Shown: piece after piece, positions 53,050-64,000 of the stretch | Numbering within the stretch: position 1 is the stretch's first letter | Layout of the letters: each line of letters begins with the position of its first letter | NCBI GenBank assembly: GCA_951406725.2 | Contig: OX597821.1 | Location: forward strand, 68,200,001-68,264,000 | Length of the DNA: 64,000 nt | Direction of reading: 5' to 3' | Source: Octopus vulgaris | Taxonomy: Eukaryota | The notes under the pieces: model-generated | Database searches by the model: none | Told to the model about the DNA's origin: nothing | What the model saw: only the letters and a program-made list of their open reading frames with translations | Program-made: the position numbers and the translations under genes

Positions 53050-53398
53050 AAATTATCCAACCGAATTTCTGGACAGCTTCTAATGAGCAAGAAATACCTC
53101 TATACAATATGACGCTTAAGCTTGGAGCATCGGTTATGCCTTGCCACTTCGAAACCTTAGTCCTCCAAAACTTTGCAACGGTATAAGATTCACCACCAAA
53201 CCACGATGCCCCATGACACGGGGATCACAATCATATCAAGTAAATATGTTGGTTGCAGGTGTTTCCCTCCAATAATTCCATTGTAACCGTATCTTCAATA
53301 AATCTCAAAGGCAACTGTTCAAAGTTGTTGACTGAATCTAGCAGCTCCTATATGGTAGAATATCCTATACAATCGGCTTTATGTTGGTACTTCAAGAG
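53050..53398 (+). pseudogene. Decayed Helitron PIF1 helicase C-terminal fragment
   Basis: NYPTEFL, LKLGASVM, RNLSPPKLCNG, NKSQ.Q and LYVGTSR remnants. Confidence 0.7.
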
Positions 53399-53399
53399 A

Positions 53400-53848
<449 letters not shown>

Positions 53849-54256
53849 TTAACTAATTGTCTCTTCGTCGTAGCACCACAGGGTAAAACTTAAATATATT
53901 GTTTAACCTGAGTCTATGGAATAAACAAGCACTTGAACAGGACTACATAGCTATAACTTTTTACTTCATTGACAATATATACGGTAATACCACTTCGCTC
54001 ATGTCATTTGTAAAATACGCCGTAATATCTTCATTACTATACAGTGTTTTTCTATAAAATATTTCAGCATCATTGGACACCTCAACCAGTCAATCAATCT
54101 ATCATTCTATCTGCCGCCTGTCTGCCTGCCTGTCAATCCATCAATGTATGTATTTGGCGGGGGTGTAAGTTTTTACGTGTGTACGTGCTGTTGTGTACAA
54201 ATACGTGTATGTGTATGTATGTGTGTAAATGTAATAGTAATATTTTTATACGCACA

Positions 54257-54312
<56 letters not shown>

Positions 54313-54318
54313 TATATG

Positions 54319-54378
<60 letters not shown>

Positions 54379-57014
54379 TGTGGTTATTTTCGTACGGGTC
54401 ATGTGTATAAGTGTATATACATTTGTATTTGTATAAGTGTTTATATGTTTATATATGGCGTCTGTGTATCTATGTGTTTGTGTGTACGTGTGTGTGTCTG
54501 TATGTCTCTGTGTCTGTGTGTGTGTTTGTGCGTGTATATATTTATTTGTGCATGTTTATATCTGTACTTATACCTTGTTTTACATATATCCGTGCAAAAG
54601 TGTATGCTTGTGTCTATGAGTGCCTATATGCATATAAAACCAAATTACCACCAAAAATGCTTTCGTAAAACACTATACTTTTATCTATACAATAATTATT
54701 TTAAAGGCTCTTGATATTTCAATGATTCCCCCACCCTAACTCCCAACTGATTCGACAATTTTTTCCGCACTTTGCTTTCTAATAACATTTTGTTGCCTTT
54801 ATTACCCTTTTCTCACCCAGCTACTATTTTCACAGACATTGCTTCCTCTTTATCTATTTTCCCCATCTCTTTCTCCCATCTATCTATTTATTTATCTATC
54901 TATCTATCTGTCTATCTGTCTGTCTGTCTGTCAGTCTCGGCTCCTTTATTCTATCTATGACCATTAAAGCTTCACTCTTTCTCTGATTCAACCGCAATAT
55001 TCCTCTCTTTAAACAAAATCCATTATCCCCTCTTTAGTTTTAACACCCACGTTTTGTGAGAAAATCGTCTGATGTAAATCTATTAAATGCGGCTTCACTG
55101 ATTAAATAAACCGTTAAGGGCAAACTTTGGGGTCTCAGTTAAATCAATTTTATCAATAAATTTCACTTTATATACACACGGTCCCTCCATTAATAAATGT
55201 CTCTGTTGTTTTTCAACAAGTTGATTAACAATACTAAATAATATATTTATATTCATATATGTGTGTATGTATATGTATGTGTGTGTATATATGTATGTAT
55301 GTATAAAAATAGATTTCATAGCAGAACGAGTTCACAAACTGATGTATGACTATTTAAACCGCCGTGACTAAAGATTAATGAGGCATATAAATTAAATACC
55401 TAGTTGTTTTGTTGCGACATTTTTTTAGTCATTTTAATTTTACGGATCGTAAACTATAAATGTTTACGGTTCATGAGAGACCTTATATCAAAGGTAAAGC
55501 CCATATAGAGAATTCATGAAACTCCGGAGCCTCACATATAATTGAAATGAATATAGAACACTGATCGTAAGTGATGCATGGCTGATTAAGCCACCGTGAC
55601 TAAAATTTAATGAGCCGTGTACACTGAATGTCCCGTATTTTTTTATGTTATTTTACGGATCATAACCTATAAATTTATTCTGACATACGTTAAAAATTTT
55701 CACTGAATTGAAATTTGTCTCTCAGCAGGAGGAAGAAAACAAAAGCTGTGCGGCAATTGTTAGTGACTGCTAAAGAAAAGGGGAGATAATTTCAATGGGC
55801 TAACAATTGCTTTCGCGAAAATTTTATTTTTATACTTAAGAGGCAAATCTTTGTTAACCGGCAATATAACGTGTTTCGGTATTATTACACCTCTCCAGCG
55901 AAGGATAGTTTTCTCAAACCTCCTTGAACAATGTAATCGTTTTCTTAGACACCCTAGTGAATTAGGAATGATCGCTTTCATTCAGTAGTTACAGCAGTTT
56001 CTAAGTCGGAAGTTTGGTTTCTGCAAGTTAAACCACAACGTTAGCAACAGGAACTTGTGTTTTAGCTTGAAGTGAAAGCGAATAAAACGCTATGTAGCCA
56101 AAAGGAGAGTCCCCACGGGGTCACACGACCTTATATAAATAGACCTCATATGTCCCCCAATTCACTTCCTACCGTCATCATATAAAGAGAAAACATTGGA
56201 GGATGACATATGTAGCCACTTACATATAAAAAGACCGTGTGTCACGGCTGTAACGCCTTTTGATCTTACGTATGCTCGATAAAGTATAACATGGAGTTAA
56301 GTAAAATAAATAAACGCTGGCAAAATTTGCATTTGTAAATAAGAAAAACACAATTACAACTGGATTCAATTCTTAACAAGTTGGTTTCCGAGCCCCAGGG
56401 TCCCAATACATCCAATACGCTATCTTAATTTTGATATAAGCGCCATAATATATGTTTCTTATATCTTGCATGAGACAAGGATCACAGAGATAGGGGTTTT
56501 TTTTTTTTTTGGACCTTTTTGTTGTTTTTGTTGGCGGAGGGCGGGTAGTTGGATCCCTGCTCCACTGATAGATTGTTTGGTAACTTCTGTTTTGCTAATT
56601 ATATTTTCTGATTCCCGGTTTTTTATTTAATCTCATTACTAGAGGAAACTCAGTATGATATAAATCTGAAAATCAAAAGAAAAACGAACGAAATTTATAA
56701 AATATAGAAAAAAAATATTCTAAAGTACCATAATCATATACTTAAGCAACCGTAGCGCGCCGGATCCAAATAGGTTTATAGAAGAAAAGATAACGCGACG
56801 ACCCAGCGGAGGGTTGCGGGGGTCTTACACACATACCACCACAACCGTCCAGTAAATTGCGTGGAAACCAAGTTATTAAAAATCTTATCTCGTTCTTTAT
56901 ACTTTTATTGTTGGTGAATTGGTAGAACCATTAGAGAAATGGCTTTTAACCGAGGCCCATGATAGATTTTGTGGGTAGGACGCAAACGAAATAGTAAACT
57001 GGCGATCTACAGTT

Positions 57015-57200
57015 ATTCTCTTTACTCTTTTACTCTTTTGCTTGTTTCAGTTATTTGACTGTGGCTATGCTGGAGCACCGCCTTTAGTCCAGCAAATCGA
57101 TCCCAGAACTTATTCTTTGTAAGCCCAGTACTTATTCTATCGATCCCAGAACTTATTCTTTGTAAGCCCAGTACTTATTCTATCGGTCTCTTTTGCCGAA
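57015..57200 (-). mobile_element. SINE family B 3' fragment with internal 44-bp tandem duplication
   Basis: Tail in reverse complement. atcgatcccagaacttattctttgtaagcccagtacttattct occurs twice. Confidence 0.8.
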
Positions 57201-57204
57201 CTGA

Positions 57205-58200
57205 TAAGAAGATTATGCATGGATATGTTAGTAGAAAGTTCCCAGATGATAGTAATATTGATCATCAAAGCAGTCTACTATAGACCAATTGCCGGATTAC
57301 TACCTCCCAATTTGAAGGGTGTGTGTTTGCAATCCAGAAACAAGAAATATTGAGCAAACAACTGATGCACAAAAGGGACAGAGATTCTGGAAAAGCAGTA
57401 AAATGTGACAACCGATGCAGACTTTGTGGAGTTAACACCGAAGATATTACAGTCATCATATGCAGTTGTCCGAAGATGTCATCTCGGTTTTATCTACCGA
57501 TGAGATATGATGTTGTAGTTAGGACATCCTATCATGGAATCTATCGGAATGATAACCCTGAGGACAAAGCCATAGCCACTCATAATAACAAAGGAATACT
57601 GGTGGAATGTTCCAGTGAAGACCTCAATAAAATATAAGCACAATAGACCTCATATAATGATTTGGGATAGAGAAGAGAAACTGAGCACAGTTGTGGAAAT
57701 TAGCTGCCCAGCGGATGTGAACATAAATCTGAAGATCAGTGAAAAAGAGAACACCTATGCTGAACTGTTGAGAAATCTGCAGTTACTCTATCCAGATTAC
57801 AAGTTTAGGTTTATACTTGTAATTATTGGGGCCCTGGGATATGTAACATGCTGCCTAAATACCAATCTTGAGAAATTAGGCTTCTCAAAACCAGAAAGGA
57901 GAAAGCTAATTCGAAGACTACAGATCCAATCCATCACTAGAACTGTAAAAATCTGTAAAACTTTCCGGAAGTTTATCATTTAAATATATATGAGCATGTC
58001 TAGATATGCAACTATATACATGAGAATACATACATGAAATAGAACATAGAAATCTGCACATAGATACATATAAAAATACCCTGTAGTTTGATGTTTAAAT
58101 TCCAATGAAATAACCTTGGATCAAGACACCGATTCTTTCTCTGTTGGCAAAAAATGTTGAAATAAAACTGAACAATGACATACATACATTTATTCATGCA
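57205..58200 (+). mobile_element. R4/Dong-like non-LTR 3' end (CCHC knuckle, RLE and 3' UTR)
   Basis: FAIQKQEI..K, CRLCG..TEDI..IICSCP, HNRP.IMIWD...VVEISCPAD..I..K..EK...Y, VIIGALG, stop at 57983. Frameshifted. Confidence 0.88.
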
Positions 58201-58254
58201 TATGGTCGTCGACATTTTTCTGTTACAAGACAATATCCCACAATGCATTTTCAG

Positions 58255-58960
58255 TACTAGTGCTGATTCCAACATTTGGGATACTTGACTGGTCTCTAGA
58301 AGAAATCCACTCGATATACGTTAAAATCTGCATGATACTGATATCAACTGGAAATCTTCATAAAAATAGTGATATCGACAGGCTCTACCTTAGAAGAGTT
58401 CAGTGCAGACAGCCTTTGAATGTCGCACAGTATCTCTCAGACAGAACTTGCAGTAAAAATAAATATGTTAGTGCTGAAAATTGAAGAGAACAATACCTTA
58501 CGTGTCGCTAGCGAGTCTCTCAGGAAGCAGTCTTCTTGATGACTTCCCATATAACCCCAAAACCCCGGACTAGCATTCTTGAAAGATGACCTGAATGTGA
58601 AAAGCTCAGTATACAAATAAAAAAGACCGTGGATGAAAAAGTTCCCGACCACTTGAAGAAGGCACTATTATTGACATGAAACGAAGCATCTCTTGGACAC
58701 GTGACCGCTCTTGGCCTCGTGACTGCTCTTGGACTCGTGACCGCTCTTAGAGTCGTGACTATATAAGACTTCGAAGGCAATGCATTTGCAATGCAAGAGC
58801 AGGAGATTGGAACTAAATACCTAATAAAAAAAAACGAAACAGTGAAATCTTTGGCGTTCCAAGATGCGACAGAATATATAGATTATATCATGTTACTATG
58901 GAAGACATTACAAGCGATTAGCAGCTTCCCAAAAGTATCATCAAAGTACTACTACTCCTT
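58255..58960 (+). mobile_element. Second R4-like fragment (post-RT region) with 18-bp tandem repeat at 58690-58760
   Basis: VLIPTFGILDWSLEEI..I..K..IL..TGNLH.NSDIDRLYL.R and DFEGNAFAMQEQEIGTKYL. Confidence 0.75.
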
Positions 58961-59053
58961 TCCTCAGAGGAAGAATTCAAATAATTAAAAAGAGTAGGAA
59001 GCATACATACAAACATAAATACATACATACATAAATACATACATACATACATA

Positions 59054-59237
59054 GGCGTAGGAGTGGCTGTGTGGTAAGTAGCTTGCTTACCAACCACATG
59101 TTTCCGGGTTCAGTCCCACTGCGTGCCACCTTAGGCAAGTGTCTTCTAGTATAGCCTAGGGCAGATCAAAGCCTTGTGAGTGGATTTGGTAGACGGAAAC
59201 TTAAAGAAGCCCGTCGTATATATATATATATATATAC

Positions 59238-59294
<57 letters not shown>

Positions 59295-59375
59295 TTGTTA
59301 ATCAGTTCGACCGAGCAGTGTTCGGTATGTAAAACGACCATTTACGGTATATTTGCGGTATATATATATAAAGTA

Positions 59376-59414
<39 letters not shown>

Positions 59415-59445
59415 GTATATATATATACGTATATATATATACGTA

Positions 59446-59481
<36 letters not shown>

Positions 59482-59743
59482 TGTATGTATGTATGTATGT
59501 GTGTGTGCGTGTGTGTATGTGCGTGTTTGCGTGTGTGTCTGTTTATCCCCCCAACATCGCTTGATAACCGATGCTGGTGTATTTACGTCCCCGTATTTTG
59601 GCGGTTCGGCAAAAGAGACCGATAGAATAAGTACTAGGTTTACAAAGATTATGTCCTGGGGTCGATTAGCTCGACTAAAGGCGGTTCTCCAGCATGGCAA
59701 CAGCCAAATGTCTGAAACAAGTAAAAGAGTAAAGAGTAAAGAG
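59054..59743 (+). mobile_element. SINE family B with expanded internal microsatellite
   Basis: Full head ggcgtaggagtggctgtgtgg and full tail. A non-SINE insert at ~59290-59380 lies inside the (TA)n. Confidence 0.88.
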
Positions 59744-59795
<52 letters not shown>

Positions 59796-59925
59796 CATTC
59801 ATGGATCTGCTCCTGGTCGCACGCCACTATGTATTCTGATGTCCCAACGATTTTAGCTATTCGACACGCCATTATATTTGTGTGTGTGTGTCTGTGTATT
59901 TAGATATTCATGCATACAGATACCT

Positions 59926-60143
59926 ATTTCTTTGCTACAAACAGAGAGGACTAACAAGGACAGACAAACGCATTAAGTCGATTATATCGACTCCAGTGCG
60001 TAACCGGTACTTAATTTATCGACCTCGAAAGGATGAAAGGCAAAGTTGACCTCAGCGGAATTTGAACTCAGAACGTATCGGCAGACGAAATACGGCTACG
60101 CATTTCGCCCGGTGTGCTAACGATACTGCCAGCTCGCCGCCTT
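59926..60143 (-). mobile_element. SINE family A monomer with TSD
   Basis: The 11-bp TSD tacagatacct occurs at 59915-59925 and 60144-60154. Confidence 0.88.
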
Positions 60144-60369
60144 TACAGATACCTGCCATATATATACATATGTAAATGCTACACACTACATAACAATAGC
60201 AGTGTTGAGTTAATGGCGAAACTGTTCAAGCTACTATGAAGGAACCTATAAAATGCACTAAAACTTAATAATTTTACCTTTTCTCTCTCTTGTCCTTCAG
60301 TACAGACACTCTGCATCTCTTCCCCTGAACAGACACATACATACACATACATACACCACGCATATGCTC

Positions 60370-60387
60370 ATACCCACGATTATATAT

Positions 60388-60480
<93 letters not shown>

Positions 60481-60800
60481 CATACATACATATATATGTA
60501 TATATATTCTTATGTATATATATAAATATATATAAACATACACAAATGCATGCATACATAATGGATGCATACATATGTATACATATATTTATACGTATAT
60601 ACATTTAGATATATGTGCATATATGAAAATATACATACATATACACATATGTATATATGTGTGTGAGTGGTGTATGTGTGTGTGTATGTATGTATGTATG
60701 TACGTAAACAGATTACATATATATATACATATCCCATCCTCTTCAGTTTTATTATCAAATATAAGAATAATTGAAAGAAAACACCACCCCATTTCTTTCC

Positions 60801-60843
<43 letters not shown>

Positions 60844-60868
60844 TCATATATCATACATGTTTGTACAA

Positions 60869-60911
<43 letters not shown>

Positions 60912-61494
60912 TACACACACACAAATATATATATACACATGTGTATGCGCACGCACATACGTAAGTATAGTATATTCCTCACCGCCACCCCCACCCCACC
61001 TCACTGTGGTGGCAGAGTGGGAACCTAATTGCATGTGGCAGTGTGGTTCACATACAGGAATTGTAAAACAAGCACTGTTTCCAAAGTTGTTTTGAAATAA
61101 TAACAAAATTCCTCGCGATAGTTCGATGCTTGGGTGAAGATTGTAATATCCGGTTCTTCATTCAATGCACCATTTTCACCAACCGATATATAATTTTGTT
61201 TGGGTTCTTCGCTTTTGGGTTTTCGTTTTATTATTTTTTTGTCTTTTTCTTGTGATCTGTTTTTTTTTTGCTTATTTTTTGTGCTATGATTTACCATTTC
61301 GCTTTTTTTTCGTAATTTTTTTTTTGTGCTATTTATGTCTCTTATTTCATAGTTTTATTCTTAAACTTTGTTGGTTTTATTTATGTGTATAAACATATGT
61401 ATGTATGTTTGTATGTATGTATATGACTATAAACGTGTATATTATATCTATGCATAGATATGTATGTATGTATATGTATATATATATGTATATA

Positions 61495-61563
<69 letters not shown>

Positions 61564-62411
61564 GCTTATGTAGACATATGTATGTGTATATATATAAACA
61601 TAAGTATGTATACATATATATACATATACATATATATGTATGTGTATATGTGTCTGTGTGTATGTATATCTATCTATGTGTATATATATATAGATGTATA
61701 TAGATGTATAAATATATGTGTGTATATATATGTGTGTATATATATATATATATGTGTGTATATATATGTGTGTGTGTATGAAACCTTGAGTGTGTGTGTG
61801 TGTGTGTGTGTACATTAATATTATCGACAAATATTGTAAACATAGAAACTTCAAAAAAAATAACACACATCGTCTAAGTGATCTCTTATTTAGGATACAA
61901 GAATATGTGTACGTGTGTGTGTGTGTGTGTGTTCGTGTGTGTGTGTACATGCATACCTGTAAATTTGTACAAGATTATATGGATACATATATACATATGA
62001 AACTTGTGTGTGCGTGCATGCTTATATATATGGGTATGGACATACATGTTGTGCATATGTATGTGTATGTATGTGTGTGCGTCATCATTATTACAGTCTG
62101 TTGAATCTTGTATTTATATATTGTTATTAAGATCACATTTATGTATGTATAGATTTTTATAGATAAACATATATACCTGTTATATATGTTACTACACTCA
62201 CATATATACTGTAAAAAAAATTACGTATGTATATATATATATATATATATTACATGCATGTCTTAATATCTATATATCGTATATATTATACATTTATATA
62301 TATAATATATAAATATATATATATATATATACATACACATATGTGTGTATGTGTGTCTTTGTGAGTGAGCTGTATGTGGCGTGTGTGTTTGTTTATTGTG
62401 TGCGTGTGTTT

Positions 62412-62448
<37 letters not shown>

Positions 62449-62582
62449 TAAGAAACCAGACTCGGGCACAAGCATACATCCGTACATCTATTTGATACGT
62501 ACATTATATAAATTTCATGTCTGAATAAAACAAAATGTGACACACAACACACATATGTACATACTCTCTCACACACACAGAA

Positions 62583-62648
<66 letters not shown>

Positions 62649-63189
62649 ATGTGAAGTCATATGCACAACACAAATATAGAGCGGGAGAGAGTAATTGATG
62701 TTGTGTCTGATTGTGTATGGCGGAGTGCTTGGAAGTTGTTGCGCGTGCATTAATGAAAGAAGCATACATAGATGTACGCATACGATACGCATACTTATAT
62801 AAATGACACACAAAAAGTGCATTGTTCGACTGATAGGCTTCTAAATATACACGATTGAGAAAGTATTTGCAAGAGCCATATAATGGTTGATGAAGTCATT
62901 CACTGCAGCTAGGGAACTGTCTCACCTCACTAATGGGACTCAACCAAAAGCATTTTGATGTTCTCTCAGCGGGGTACCATCTCTATTTGTGTTCTGCATA
63001 CATACAATGGACGCATACATACATAAAAACAGACATGCACACGCAAATACCAGAGATACAGGCACTTACGCGTTCACACACACACACACACACATACATG
63101 TACACACACACGCAAATGTGTGTGCGTGTGTCTGTGTGTGTGTGTGTGTGTCCCATCGCCGTGATGCTGGAGGAACTAGGTGACCAGAT

Positions 63190-63273
<84 letters not shown>

Positions 63274-63520
63274 ATATGTATATACACATATACACGCGTA
63301 CACACACTCACATACACACACATGTATATATATTCATATACATATATAAATATGCATACATAACATTATATATATATATATATGTATGTAATATATATAT
63401 ATATGTGTATATATATATACATACATACATACATACATACATACATACATACATACATACATGTGTGTATGTGTGTGTTTGTGTGCGTGTGTGTCTGTGT
63501 GTGCGGGTTGGTGTTCGTGT
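60370..63520. repeat. Dense field of (TA)n/(TG)n/(TACA)n microsatellites with short unique islands
   Basis: Direct reading of the sequence. Confidence 0.9.
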
Positions 63521-63774
63521 AATAGGTGAGAAGAACGGCATAGAATAGAGAAGCACCGTAATAGTACTGGAACTGGTCCTGATATTTTAAATCTAGCATC
63601 CAGAACATGGGGAACAATATTCTAGCAGACAAGTATTAGCTCTAAGAAACGCCTAGGTCTAAGGAATAATAATAGAAAGATAAAAGAAGGACAAGTAGTT
63701 ACATATAATTTCCAATTATAAAAATCCGACTTAAACGTGAATATAACTTAGAAGGAAAATCTTATTCGTTAATA

Positions 63775-63948
63775 GATCTTTACAGTTGTTTCGAAAATTC
63801 GGTGACTGGTTGATTGCAATAATATGTATTATGTAAATGTGTGTGCATAATGCTGCAACCATACAGAGCAAAAAATGCTAGATGTTATATCATTGCACAT
63901 TTATGATGTGTAAATCAATTCAATTCTGAATTTTTCCATCGGAGGGGA
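63775..63948 (-). ncRNA. Degenerate hammerhead ribozyme with long helix II
   Basis: Minus strand reads CCGATGG aaaaattc...gaattttc GAAA caactg TA. There are two core substitutions and helix III is one substitution from a palindrome. Confidence 0.4.
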
Positions 63949-64000
63949 GATATACAAAGAAAAATCTAGTAATAGTAAATACTAGATATAAGAAGGCGCT

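Overview
This is AT-rich eukaryotic (metazoan) DNA made almost entirely of repeats. I found no intact host gene, and most ORFs in the supplied track are microsatellite artefacts. The repeat content looks like an octopus/coleoid cephalopod intron or intergenic region (inference from memory of these repeat families, not from a search). DNA transposons include a decayed Helitron (Rep plus PIF1 helicase) with non-autonomous Helitrons, a DD37D (maT-type) Tc1/mariner remnant, mariner and Tigger-like MITEs, and a Merlin/ISXO2-like element. Retroelements include many R4/Dong-like RLE fragments sitting in (TAA)n tracts, L1/Tx1 and CR1/L2-like fragments, and at least three tRNA-derived SINE families, one forming tandem multimers. 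The most notable signal is a dense set of type I hammerhead ribozymes. Five have an intact or near-intact core (10731, 26677, 40578, 42332, 49469), each in unrelated sequence and each with a different palindromic helix III. Several degenerate or minimal variants also occur. They lie in ORF-less, (TA)n-embedded, often fold-back elements resembling Penelope-like termini or retrozymes, and one minimal motif is fused behind a tRNA-like Pol III head. All coordinates were read by eye and may be off by a few bases.
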